Below, in pieces: positions 1 to 12,470 of a stretch of DNA of 64,000 bases (the first letter of the stretch is position 1; each line of letters opens with the position of its first letter). The position numbers and the translations under genes are program-made. The notes beneath the pieces were generated by a model, which saw only the letters and a list, made by a program, of their open reading frames with translations, was not told the DNA's origin and made no database searches. This stretch comes from Octopus vulgaris (Eukaryota): NCBI GenBank assembly GCA_951406725.2, contig OX597818.1, positions 38,068,001 through 38,132,000 on the forward strand. The letters are read 5' to 3'.

Positions 1-480
1 TCAGGTTATCCAGATTGAAATCTATCTCTCAATAGCTTATTCAGCATCAAAAGCTTGTAGAGAAGATGAGAGACTAGCTGGCATCATAGCTTCAGCTATG
101 TTCAATGACCATTCTTTTCAAGAATGCATAGAACTGTTCTCAAAGTATGGGCGATTTCTTCTTGAGAAGTGTCAGGTCTCCGGTTTCTTACTCTTATTAA
201 TCTTGGTTTAATCCCAATATAATCCTTTATTTAGCAATGACAGCAAACCAAAGCTATCTGTGGTACTTTTTCTCCCTTTGGCAATCTTTCATCTTGCATC
301 ACTGTTGGCTTAAACACAATCTCATCTACCAAACTCACAAGTACCAGAGTAAAATGTATCATTTCATGTCCTGTGGTTCTCACATGAATAGACTTGAGGC
401 TAAATGTTTAGTTTCCACGGAGATCAAAAAGCATGAGCTTCAATATTTTCAATCAACCCAAGTTGAATGACAAATCATGC
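1..480 (-). mobile_element. Highly degenerate L1/Tx1-like LINE reverse-transcriptase fragment
   Basis: Minus-strand remnants LPK.GK-like, LLNK-DY-like (frameshifted) and AFDAE*A (cf. DAEKAFD) occur in the correct order, with stops and frameshifts. Confidence 0.5.
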
Positions 481-2074
481 TGCCTCTTTTGCTTCTAAAG
501 GATGTAAAATATATTTGTCTTATCTTTTAAGCCATGTGGTAGTTTCTTTGATATCTTTGGTTTTCTGTCATAGACCAGCTAATTCTCATCATGAAACAAG
601 GCTTTAAATGGTAGGTTACATTGACATCTTGGTAATCCTCAACCATATTTGTAGCATAATTACAATGTAATCACTACTCCCCCAATCAGTGACCTTGTCT
701 AACAGTTCTTTATCCATCTCTGAATATACAGCCTGTTTCCCTTTGTGCACCCATTTTTATCCTAAGCATTTCTAGTAAAGCTTCTTTTTACTCAAATCTC
801 TCACAATTTTCTCTGATACAGAAAACTACTTCTCAACAAACTTTTGATAATTACACAATTTTAAGTTTGAAAGCAGAAATATACAATTAACATTTCACTT
901 TCCCCCAGTAATAACCAGGGTGATGACATTTGACAAGGGGTAAAACTTTACCTTTTTATACCCATCTATTTAATATGTGTATAACCTGACAGACAAGACC
1001 TAATAAAAACTTTTTCTTTTTTATATTTCTTTGTTTTTCACTCCCTTCATGTTTCCTTATTTCTCCACATGTTCCTTTGAAAATTTATTGTCACTCTCTT
1101 CCACCTCTTAACTTTTGTCAACTAACTTTATTTGACTTATTACCATTCTCTCCTCATCTAAATACTCCACTGTGTCAGTCTGGCCACAGACTTCTTCTCT
1201 AATATGTTTAAACCCAGTTGATAAGTTCAGAAGACCAGACTTAGAATAACTTAATTTTTATACATTAAGATGCTTTTGTTATTTATTCAAGATGGTTTTA
1301 TCGTTATTCAATATGCATTTACACTTCTTGTAGTGGTTGCAATAATAACATTTCTTCAAGATTTCTTAGCCTTGTGCACAAGTCACACTCCAGCTATTTT
1401 ATAAATTGAAGTTGTGTGCAAACAAATTGCAACTTATACATAAGTAAACACTGAAGTTGATAACAAAGTATATAAATGGTACATTTAATTTTTTAATCTA
1501 AATACTAAATCTAAATAAGAGTTTACTGCAATATTAATAACTTGATATTATAAAATGCGATTTGAATTTCCTTTAACTAAGTTGAAGCCAAAAAATATTG
1601 GTTCCCTGTGGATAATAATGCTCCCTTTAACTCAATATGATGGAGATTTTTTATGATTGAATTTCAGTCAAGATAGAAAGTATGAATTTGTTCAGAAATT
1701 AATTATTCTAAATTTCATATTTAGCCAAGGTCAACTTAGACTTTCCAGCCACCAAGATTTATAAACAAAATATCAGCTAGTCACTAGACAATATGCTATG
1801 CTTAACGTATTAAGTAAGTGATTAATTTAATTAGATTCAACTAACCCACTGACCCAATTAATTATAAGGGCAACTTGCAACAGCTGAAAAGAAATGCTTG
1901 TTTAACATCTGTTTTTTCCATGCTAGCAGGGGTTAAACAGGATATACAATAGTGTAAAATATTCATTTACTGTTTCAACTATGAGGCATTAATAGGGTTT
2001 CCTCCAATCAGTTGCAGAGTCAACAACCTTTCCTTCAACACCTACATTACACTCTTGACAAATACTGAACTCTA

Positions 2075-2310
2075 AAGGCGGCGAGCTGGCAGAATAGTTA
2101 GCACACCAGGTGAAATGCTTAGCAGTATTTCGTCTGCTGCTACGTTCTAGGTTCAAATTCCGCCGAGGTCGACTTTGCTTTTCATCCTTTCGGGGTCGAT
2201 TAAATAAGTACCAGTTACACACTGGGGTCGATGTAATCGACTTAATCCGTTTGTCTGTCCTTGTTTGTCCCCTCTTATGCTTAGCCCCTTGTGGGCAATA
2301 AAGAAATAAA
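2075..2310 (+). mobile_element. tRNA-derived SINE, family B (Meta-domain-like core)
   Basis: ggcggcgagctggcagaa head, gttcaaattcc B box, core gcttttcatcctttcggggtcgat..aagtaccag, tail aataaagaaat; many copies in the window. Confidence 0.85.
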
Positions 2311-3699
2311 TACTTAACTCTAAATGTCTTATGAAGAGGTACAATATTTCATAGAGGTGCATTTTTAATGAAATTAACCTGCATATGATATAGGTAGATA
2401 TGGATCAAGAATGAAATAAGATCACAATTTAAACAGCATAAAAACAACAGAATATAAAAAATTCCAGATAGATTTTACAAAGCACTATATTTCAATGATC
2501 CATTAGATATGGCCTCCTCATTTCCCTATTATAACACAAGAACACCTCACTGAAGTCTTTAGAATCTCCAACACCTTGATTTAAAATGTTTATGTAGATA
2601 TCTCGTTTTAATTTTTGTGTGTTTTAGCATACTTTTTTTATTTATTTCCATATATATTTTTGCATATATATTTTTAATTCATCATATTATATAATGTCTA
2701 TCACCCTTGCCATTATCTGTTTGTATTTCTTTTTCTGTATGCCTTTAAACTTTTATAGCTAATAAAGAAATCATCATCATCATCATCATTATTATTATTA
2801 TTAAGATGGTAAGATGGCAGAATTATTAGCATGCTGGACAAAATGCTGAGTGACATTTTGTCAGTCTATATGTTCCAAGTTCAAATTCTGCCAAGCTTAA
2901 TTTTTACTTTTCATTTTTAAGGGGTTGAAAAATAAGTACCAATCAAGTATTGCATATCAATGTAATCAACTATCCCCTAACCACTCTAAAACTGCTGGCC
3001 CTAAGCTAAAATTTGAAACCACTATTTTATCCTATTACTCTGTCACTCTCCCTCCCTCACTCCTCCTCCTTTGCGCACGTAGCTCCCACATGACCATCGG
3101 CTATCTTTCTTTCTTCTCCTAACTTGTGTTTCTTTCTCTCCATCACAGCTGAAACAAGGAAGACATGTTCTTGTCTGTCTCCTGTCCAAGCTTGATTTAC
3201 ACATCCACCACCACAACCTCGTTTAGGCTTAACAGCCCTTGCTGTTTGTTTTCACTGTCCTATTTGTGTTACCAATTCTGACCCTCTGCAAAATCCCAAA
3301 TTTTATTTAATTTGCTTTGCAGGAGCAACTGTTTTATCAAAAGTGTATATTGTTGTTAAATGCTCGAAATACGAGAGTAGAAAACAACCAACAACTGATA
3401 ATGGGTTGTTCTTTATGTCATTTGTCTTGTTTTCCCTTTGTGTCTTTCGTTGCTTGAAAAAATAGTTTATATTCTATGTACTCATACTTCGTATTTTTTG
3501 TTGTACACGTTTCATGACATCCCATGCCCACATATGCATGTATATGTTAGAAGTATTGGGGATGGTGTACAGATTTAATACATATGAAAGAAAAAAGATG
3601 TTCAGAATGCTGGATGGTTGTAAAAATATATATTTATTTACATATCACATATTATTTCTTCATATTAGTGCTTTCAACTACTCCTGTACTACTTTTTTC

Positions 3700-3702
<3 letters not shown>

Positions 3703-3741
<39 letters not shown>

Positions 3742-3862
3742 TATATTATATATATATATATATATTATTTATATTATATATATATATATATATATTATTT
3801 ATATTATATATATATTATATATATATTATTTATATTATATTACATATATATATATATATACA
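3703..3862. repeat. (TA)n-rich microsatellite with higher-order TATTATTTATATTA units
   Basis: Seen directly; explains ORFs 3514..3921 and 3584..3871. Confidence 0.95.
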
Positions 3863-4845
3863 CATATTTAGTAAACAAAGGAATGAAGATATTACATTCT
3901 TTAATCACTGACCCTGTTTAAAGAATGTAATACCATCACCTTTGTTCCATTGTTTGTTTACTTTTATATACTACAATGAATGTACTAACCATATAATCAG
4001 TACATTTCCTAAATTTACAACTTGAATGGAACGTCTTTTGAGTTAAGTGAATACTTTCTTCCGATTTTATTCCCATAAATTTTGTTAACCAAGATTTCAC
4101 ATGAAATGCTGAGTAGGATGCTCAACTGGATTTCCTAAATCCCTACATATCATCAACAGCATCACCATTCTTTTAATGTTCACTTTCCCATGTTCTCTTG
4201 GGGTTATATGGAATGTGTTGAGGGGATTTTCTATGCCCTAATGCTCTTCCTGTCACCAACCCTCACCAAGTAAAGTAACGTTTCTCCATGACCAAACATG
4301 CTTTCATGGGAGACTGAAAATGAAAGACACTGTTTGGATAATGGCAGCACTTGTTTACAACTATTATGCAATGTCAAGACAAGGAGACTATAACACATGC
4401 ACGCACACACACATATACATACACACACACACATGCATACACACACACTCACACAAGTTTCTTTCAGTGTCTATCTACAAGGTCCTTGAGCTATAGTAGA
4501 AGATACTTGCTCAAGGTGCCATGCAGAGGAACTGAGGTTGAAACAAAGCAGTAAGTGAGAAGACTCATCACCACACAGACACACCTGTGCCTGATACAAA
4601 AACTTTATAGTGTGTAGTTTGCTACTAAATGCTGCTTCATTCAAATACCTCCTTTTACTCATGTCGGTTGGGGTAAGGTTAAAAGACAAACTTCAATATA
4701 GTATTGATTGAGTCAATAGATTGTAATTCCTTCTCTGAAAGTTGTTCTTGTACCTAACGCAAAGGAAAATCTTTATGATAATTGTTGTTGTTTTTTTTCA
4801 TTTTCCTCATGTCATAACTATTTTAGCATTTTAAAAACCATTACC

Positions 4846-5194
4846 TGCATCGCCTTACTAGCACTTGTGCTGGTGGCACGGGAAAAAACATTCGAGCAAG
4901 GTCGTTGCCAGTGCCGCTGGACGGGCTCCTGTGCAGGTGGCACATAAAAAGTACCATTTGAGCGTGGCTGTTGCCAGTACCACCTGACTGGCCCTCGTGC
5001 CAGTGGTACGTAAAAGCACCCACTACACTCTCAGAGTGGTTGGCGTTAGGAAGGGCATCCAGCTATAGAAACTCTACCAGATCAGATTGGAGTCTGGTGC
5101 AGCCATCTGGTTCACCAGACCTCGGTCAAATCATCCAACCCATGCTAGCATGGAAAACGGACGTTAAACAACAATGATGATGATGATGATGATG
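4846..5194 (+). mobile_element. RTE-LINE 3' end (3' UTR with ~60-nt internal repeats and (GAT)n tail)
   Basis: Ends ccatgctagcatggaaaacggacgttaa..(gat)n; the same repeat-containing 3' region is contiguous with an RTE ORF at 47866-48565. Confidence 0.8.
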
Positions 5195-5800
5195 TCCCCA
5201 TGGATGCCACAACTACTTGGGTTGATAGAGCATAAACAGCAAGACCACTTAGTATTTGCAAGATACAAAAATGTTTTATTAGCTTACAATGTAGAGTTGA
5301 AATCCCTCCACAGGTTTAACTCATAGAATTGCTCTAGATTCACTGCATGAGACCAAAGTCTTTAATGGCTCCCAGCAAAAGAGTCTAACAGTTAAGAGAT
5401 ATACTATTTATATCACTAGTTTTATCAACATGACCTTATTTTTCTTTCTGACAGCCAAATAATATAAGAGCTTTAACTCTATCATATATGCATATCTGTT
5501 TATAATAAATGAAGGAAAGGAAAATTCAAATGGATAACATGAAACCCATGAAGTGCCTTGAAGTTGTTTACATATCATAAATATTTATCAACTGTGCTTA
5601 TCATAAATCCTAAATTCTCTGTGTCAGCAACATAGTTTATCTTGAAAAGCTAGTAGGAAGAGGGTTGAAGTTAGCTTTGTGCAGGAAGAAGAAAAATTTC
5701 TTCTCAACTATGTTATTGCTGAATAATTGCTTCATATTGTTATCAAAAAAGAAAATACACAAATTTGTGGTTTTCATTCAATTCAATATACATACTGAAA

Positions 5801-6207
5801 GGCGTAAGAGTAGCTGTGTGGTAAGTAGCTTGCTTACCAACCCCATGGTTCCGGGTTCAGTCCTACTGCTTAGCAACTTGGGCAAGTGTCTTCTACTATA
5901 GCCTCGGGCCGACCAAAGCCTTGTGAGTGGATTTGGTAGATGGAAACTGAAAGAACCCCATCGCATATATGCATATGTATATATATGTATGTGTGTGTAT
6001 ACGTTTGTGTGTCTGTGTTTGTCTTCCCAGCATCATTTGACAACCGATGCTGGTGTGTTTACGTCCCCCGTAACTTAGTGGTTCGGCCAAAGAGACCGAT
6101 AGAATAAGTACTAGGCTTACAAAAAATAAGTCCTGGGGGCGATTTGCTCGACTAAAGGCAGTGCTCCAGCATGGCCACAGTCAAATGACTGAAACAAGTA
6201 AAAGAGT
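5801..6207 (+). mobile_element. tRNA-derived SINE, family A, full length (central (TA)/(TG) microsatellite, AAAAGAGT tail)
   Basis: Head gctgtgtggtaagtagcttgcttaccaacc..ggttccgggttcagtcc; 3' end ..cagtcaaatgactgaaacaagtaaaagag; near-identical copies at 11627, 15700, 37062 and 40084. Confidence 0.88.
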
Positions 6208-6349
6208 ATATTTCAGAAGCAAAAAAGAGAAATATTTTTATATGAGGCCTAGTTAAAGAAGAGAAGGAATAACATATTACTTCCAGGATCAAGATACAAG
6301 TGGCTTCAAAGGTCTGGTCTTTGATGATGGGATGGTGTTAATGATGATA

Positions 6350-6525
6350 ATAATAATAGGAAATCAGCATAAAACCTAGTGTAGTGCAGCTCCAGAAAAC
6401 AGTATTATTAGGGACAGTAGTATACTTAGGAAGGTTCTTGTCATCTATGGTTACTTGTAGTTCAATGATAGGAATTGTTCTTTAACAATAGTCTAAGCTG
6501 TTGTGCGTATATGTAATAATCATAA
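6350..6525 (+). mobile_element. R4/Dong-like LINE 3' fragment in a (TAA)n tract
   Basis: Encodes VQLQKTVLLGT..ILRKVL (frameshifted), the RLE-clade C-terminal motif; flanked by taataat repeats. Confidence 0.6.
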
Positions 6526-6629
6526 TTGTTTCAAATTGTTGCATATAAGGCCAACAATTTTAGGGGGAGAGGGTTAGTTGATTACACTGACCCCAGTACT
6601 TCATCAACCCCCGAAAGGATAAAAGGCAA

Positions 6630-6951
6630 CAATAATAATAACACAGTTCTATATTTAAGAGATGAGGAATTACGTACATTATTTACATTCGACGGATATT
6701 TGTCCTTATCTTGTTTGTTGTTAACACGACATTTTGGCTGATATACCCTCCAGCCTTCTTCAGGTGTCTTGGGGAAATTTCGAACCTGGGTTCTCATTCC
6801 TAAAGTATTTTTCGATGTTATTATTATTATTATTGTTGTTATTGTTCAGGTCACTGCTATTATTATTGTTATTGTTCAGGTCACTGCTTGAAATCAAACT
6901 CAGAATCTTGGGGCTAGTAGCCCACACTCTTAACCACTACGCCATATGCCC
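6630..6951 (-). mobile_element. tRNA-headed SINE with a decayed hammerhead ribozyme in its 3' half
   Basis: Minus strand: GGCATATGGCGTAGTGGTTAAGAGTGTGGGCTACTAGCCCCAAGATTCTGAGTTTGATTTC (A box, anticodon-like arm, B-box-like), an (AAT)n linker, then gacac-CTGAAGA-a-GGCTG..CAGCC-AAAA-TGTC-gtgtt. Flanked by (AAT)n on both sides. Confidence 0.7.
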
Positions 6952-7019
6952 ATGAGCATATGGCCATGGTGGTTATAATGGCATATGGCATAGTGGTTAA
7001 TAATAATAATAATAATAAT

Positions 7020-7442
7020 CCTTTTTACTATAGGCACAAGGCCTGAAATTTGAGGGGGTGGGGGCTAGTAGATTACATCAATCCCAGTACTCAGCTGGTA
7101 CTTATTTCATCAACCCCAAAAGGATGAAAGGTCAAGCTGACCTTGGTGAAATTTGAACTCACAACATGATGCTGCTAAGCATTTTTCACGATGCTCTAAT
7201 AATTCTGTCAATTTATTGCCATAATGATCCTTTCTTCTAAAAGCACAAGGCCAGAAATTTGGTGGAGGGAGATAGTCGATTACATCAAGCCCAGTGTTTC
7301 ACTAGTTCTTAAGTTATCAACCTCAAAAGGATGAACGACAAAGTCGACCTCAGCAGAATTTGAACTCAAAATGTAATAACAGACAAAATACTGCTAAGCA
7401 TTTCACTTGGTGTGCTAACAATTCTACCAGCTCACCACCTTA
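7020..7442 (-). mobile_element. Two diverged family-B SINE copies in tandem
   Basis: Two occurrences of aaaggatgaa..aaagtcgacc..gaatttgaactc. Confidence 0.75.
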
Positions 7443-7689
7443 AGTTCATTGCCATAACCTTAATATGAATTTAAGTGATGTTTCTCTGTCTGTTACATTT
7501 TTATGTTCGTTATCTCCTCCAAGACTGTGAGTGCAAGGACAACGAAACTCAAACCAGCAACTCCCCTAATCCCAGGGAATGTTCTAAGGGGGTGAATTTT
7601 TTTTAAGGGCTGTCTAATTGGAGCCCCACTGCCCCCCTATTTTTACTGCATTTTAAACTAAATACATGGTATTGACAACCAAATCAGAG

Positions 7690-7860
7690 CAATGACAATG
7701 AATTTCATACCAAGAACTCTCAAAGAGTATCATAAGGAGGCTCAATTTCTGAAGGGCTGCAAAAAAAGTGCAATCCTGTATTCTGAAAGAATCCTAAGAA
7801 AGAGACTTTAGATTTGAGGAGACTTGTTGTCACCAAACCTCAAGATAAAATCCCTGCTAA
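7690..7860 (+). mobile_element. Degenerate R4/Dong-like LINE 3' fragment
   Basis: GLQK(K)SAILYSERILRK motif. Confidence 0.45.
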
Positions 7861-7899
7861 TTTAATTAGCAGGGATTAGTTCAAGAAGAAGAAGAAGAA

Positions 7900-7930
<31 letters not shown>

Positions 7931-8399
7931 GTGATGGTGGTGGTGGTGGTGGTAGTGGTGGTGGTTAGTAGTAGTACTCAAACAATTTAGTAGGTAAAAC
8001 CTCAATTCTAAACTGGACTGGTATCCCATTACTTGTGAGGAGGTTAAAAGATATTCGATAATTGAAATAAGAGAAAAACCCAATGATATACCAGCACTTG
8101 AGATAATATCTTAGAGACATCATATCAAGGTATACTGAGAATAAGATAGGATACGCATGGGTGACAGAGATATAATTAGGATGGGAAAAAAAGGCAACAA
8201 AAAACTCATGGATAAAAAGAATGACTCAAATATAATCAGATACTTTAATTAAACTATAATGGTCTGCATTTGTAAGAGTAGTTCAATATAAAGTAAAGAA
8301 TGTTGTTGTTGGTGGTAGTGATGATGGTGATGGTATTTAGCCCTAACCAGGAAGACCTATGATCAAAAGTAGTCTAGCCATGACCAGCTTGTCTCTTTA

Positions 8400-8555
8400 G
8401 TCTTTTATTTGTTTCAGTCATTTGACTGCAGCCATACTGGAGCACCACCTTTTAAGTCAAAGAAATCAACTCCAGGATGTATTCTTTGTAAGCCTTGTAC
8501 TTATTGTCAACTGATGGTGGTGGGGACAAACACAGACACACACACACACACACAT

Positions 8556-8624
<69 letters not shown>

Positions 8625-8780
8625 GAGCTTCTTTTCAGTTACCACCTATCAAACCCACTCACAAGGCTTTGGTCAACCTGAGGCTAAAGTAGAAGACACT
8701 TGCTCAAGGTGCTATACAGTGGGACTGAACCCAGAACCATGTAATTGGGAAGCAAGCTTCTTACCACACGGCCACACCTG
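8400..8780 (-). mobile_element. Family-A SINE with expanded central (TA)n
   Basis: Reverse complement of the family-A head and tail around (CA)/(TA)n. Confidence 0.8.
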
Positions 8781-9739
8781 TAAGATTAGGTTGTCCAACA
8801 TGACTGTCTCCTTTTTTAAAAGATGATAGTGTATGACTTAAGGAAGATTTGACTCTTATTTCTAGCAAGTCAATTTGTCAATTGGGGGCTACCTCGATGA
8901 CTTGTAAAGATTTAGATTTGTTGCTCTCCTGAAAAGCACAAAAAAATAATTTCAGACTAAAATGAACCTTTCTTTACTTTTTATATTTGACAGATATATT
9001 TCTTCTCACAGCACATTGACGAACCTAATTTTCTGTTTTTACTACTACTAAAGATACCTAATTTGAGTGAGATCTTAAAAAAAATAATAAAACATTGAAG
9101 TTGACCCACCTAACCTATGTCAGAAATGAAAGATCAACCCCGAAAATTGCTGCAATTATCACGATGATTCTGTCAAATATAAATGCAGAGTGTATTTCTT
9201 TCCCTTGTTTTGTTTTTTTTAGAGAGGGGGTCAGTTTTTTATTTTTTTATTTTTACTCTGTTTTACTTTAGTTTTAGTTTCCCCTAGATAAGCAGCTTTT
9301 GCTTAGAGATACAGCATTTCATTTCCGTCTAGTCATATATCGTTATCTATCAAAGTTTATTGCCAGTATTTATTATGTCAACATAACAAACAGTTAAAAA
9401 TCCCCAACAACAAAAGCTGCACTCTTACTTCCAGTAATGTACCTCTGACAGAATGTCTGTCTAGCCTTGTAGTTAACGATGTCGTTAATGCTAAGTGACC
9501 CCAGGTCAACTCTGATCATGCAGACCTATCATGTACATAGCTGATTTCTTTGACTAAAAGGCGGTGCTCCAGTATGGCTGCAGTCAAATGACCGAAACAA
9601 ATAAAAGACTAAAGAGACAAGCTGGTCATGGCTAGACTACTTTTGATCATAGGACTTCCTGGTTAGGGCTAAATACCATCACCATCATCACTATCACCAC
9701 CAACAACATTCTTTACTTTATATTATATATGTATATATA

Positions 9740-10020
9740 TGGCACGTAAAAAGCACCATCCGATCGTGGCCGTTGCCAGCCTCGCCTGGCCTCCATGCCG
9801 GTGGCACGTAAAAAGCACCATCTGATCGTGGCCGTCTGCCAGCCTCGTCTGGCACCTGTGCCGGTGACACGGAGTGGTTGGTGTTAGGAAGAGCATCCAG
9901 CTGTAGAAACATTGCCAGATAAGACTGGGCCTGGTGCAGCCTTCTGGCTTCCCAGACCCCAGTTGAACCGTCCAACCCATGCTAGCATGGAAAGCGGACA
10001 CTAAACGATGATGATGATGA
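9740..10020 (+). mobile_element. RTE-LINE 3' end
   Basis: ggcacgtaaaaagcacc repeats plus ccatgctagcatggaaagcggac..(gat)n. Confidence 0.8.
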
Positions 10021-10632
10021 AATTGGATTACTCTTACAAATGCAGGCTATTATAGTTTAATTAAATGGTTAGACAGGATGGTCCAAGTAGAATCAATTGA
10101 TCTTTTTTAGGAAATCTAGGAATGCATTATCCAATGTGAGCTTCCATTTTCTCAAGACAGTAAGGTGTAATTTGAGGGAGATTTGGTTATTGTCTCAAGC
10201 AGGATGAGTGACCAAGTAGGACATCTCTCATCACCTCAGGAGCCATGGTAGAAACATATGGTTATCACAGACACCAGAAATTTCCTTTTTTTTTTTTTTT
10301 TTGCTTTTATTTTTCAAATATCACATAAGTACTGGCAATGTTCTCGATAGATTAATCTTGAATAAAGTAAATATTTTACAAATATTTTATAGAGAAAGAG
10401 GTCGTGGGAGATAGGAAACCCTGATAATTAGCCTGTCTTTAAAAATTTATTTCTGCATCTTTTATCAACTAGCAGAGAACAAACTAATGAGACAGCCTCC
10501 ATGCAGCTGCTTGCCTAGCTAGAAAGTGCTGCTAAAACTCTTTCAAGTACATTAAATACAATTAAGTCTGAGTAAAAGATAGGATTACCATGATTAGAAT
10601 ACCTTTGATCAAAAAATATGCTCAGACATGTG

Positions 10633-11080
10633 CAGGCGTGGATGTGTGGTTAAGACATTTGCTTCCCAACCATGTGGTCTCAGGTTCAATTTCACTGCAC
10701 AACATCTTGAGCAAGTATCTTCAACTAGAGCATTGGGACAACTGAAGCCCTGTGAGAGGATCTGGTAGACAGAGACTGTAAGAAGCCTACTGTGCATGTG
10801 TGTGTGTGTGTGTGTGAGTGTGAGTGTGTGTGTGAGTGTGTGTGTGTGCGTGCGTGTGTCTCTTATGTATTTATTTTGAATCTCTCACGACTTGACAACC
10901 AGTGTTGGTTTGTTTGTGTCTCTGTAACTTAGTGGTTCAGCAAAATAAGACCAATAAGAATAAGTATTTGTCTTAAAATAAATAAGTACTGGGCTTGATT
11001 TGACTGACTAAAACCTTTCAAGGCAATGCCCCAGCATGGCTGCCGTTCAATGACTGAAAGAAGTAAAAGAACAAAATAAT
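10633..11080 (+). mobile_element. Diverged family-A SINE
   Basis: Head, (TG)n centre and tail recognisable. Confidence 0.75.
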
Positions 11081-11626
11081 AAAGCAAATGGGGCTGACTT
11101 GGGGGCAAAACATCAACCACAACAATTGAAAGAAAAATACAAGTTATTTCTAAACCAAAGACAAACCATGTCACTAATCATAGATGTTTCTTTAATGTCA
11201 TAGAATAGTAGCTGCTGTAATTAATATGAGGAATGTAGTAAAATGTTGATGGGGTTCATGGTAGTATACAAAGCTTTCATGGCACTATACAAAGTCTATT
11301 AAGTGACATATTTAGAACCCTATACCATTTCAAAATGAAGCCCCACTCAGTTTCTCCTCTACTTATGTTACTGCACAGACTGACAGCCCATCAGTCCATC
11401 TCCTTCTCAGCGGGGTATCATTTTAGCTTTTGTTTATGTATTTATTTTGAGTGTTTTTTTTTACATCTATTTCTTCCATCTTAGCATAGAATATCTTGAT
11501 TAGTCTGTAAATTTAGATATCTGTATGAACTGTTGTTGGAACAAATGCGAAAAAAAGCTGGGATATTTTATGTTTTGTTGTGCTTTAAATAATAATTATA
11601 ATATAATAATAATGAAATTATTGTAT

Positions 11627-12065
11627 AGGCGCAGGAGTGGCTGTGTGGTAAGTAGCTTGCTAACCAACCACATGGTTCCGGGTTCAGTCCCATTGCGTGG
11701 CATCTTGAGCAAGTGTCTTCTGCTAATGCCTTGTGAGTGGATTTGGTAGACAGAAATTGAAAGAAGCCTGTCGTATATATGTATATATATGTATATGTAT
11801 GTGTGTGTGTGTGTTTGTGTGTCTGTGTTTGTCCCCCTAGCATTGCTAGGGGGACAAACAGATGCTGGTGTGTTCACCCCTGACAACAGATGCTGGTGTG
11901 TTTACGTCCCCATCACTTAGCGGTTCGGCAAAAGAGACCGATAGCATAAGTACTGGGCTTACAAAGAATAAGTGCCAGGGTCGATTTGCTCGACTAAAGG
12001 TGGTGCTCCAGCATGGCCACAGTCAAATGACTGAAACAAGTAAAAGAATAAAAGAGTAAAAGAGT
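11627..12065 (+). mobile_element. Family-A SINE with an internal local inversion/duplication at ~11830-11900
   Basis: Contains tgtttgtccccctagc-att-gctagggggacaaaca palindrome and a duplicated acagatgctggtgtgtt. Confidence 0.85.
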
Positions 12066-12470
12066 GCTCAGGTGCACCACAACTTGTCAAAAGTGTGTAT
12101 AAAGCATATGCAGTAATGTACAAATGTCTGGAAAGTGAACAGTGTATGAGTCAGATACATGCTTGCGTGTGTATGGAGGGGAGAAAATCAGGTGTAGTGT
12201 TGGCGAATCTCAGGAAGCATGGAAGTTTTGAAGAATGCAGTACTCCGACAACTAACAACTGATGCCAGCAGTTTGTTCCATGCTTCAGCAACTCTTAGTG
12301 TGAAAAAATGTTTCCGAAAGTAATGGGAGCTGTGCTGTTTTCTGACTTTGAAAACTTCTCCACGGGTGTTAGACAGGTGGAGTTTGAAAAGGTGCTCAGA
12401 GTTATTGTTAGTAAGATGGTTAATAATTTTATGGGTGTCTGCCAAGTCAGCTGCCAGATTTTGAATAAGT
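12066..12470 (-). mobile_element. CR1-clade LINE 3' end
   Basis: ORF 12188..12445 NTRGEVFKVRKQHSS..RKHFFTLRVAEAWNKL.ASVV...S...FK is the CR1-type ORF2 C-terminal motif (TRG..K..FF..RV...WN.LP..VV). Confidence 0.8.

Noticed and set aside
2-211. 69-codon open frame on the plus strand at the window start
   Set aside because: The opposite strand carries ordered L1/Tx1 RT motif remnants, so the open frame is likely incidental.
3360-3460. Possible hammerhead near ctgataatggg...gaaa
   Set aside because: Core is mismatched and no convincing stems I-III could be paired.
3514-3921. 135-aa ORF and similar YI/CV/HT-rich ORFs throughout the track
   Set aside because: Stop-free frames created by (TA)n, (CA)n and (TG)n microsatellites.
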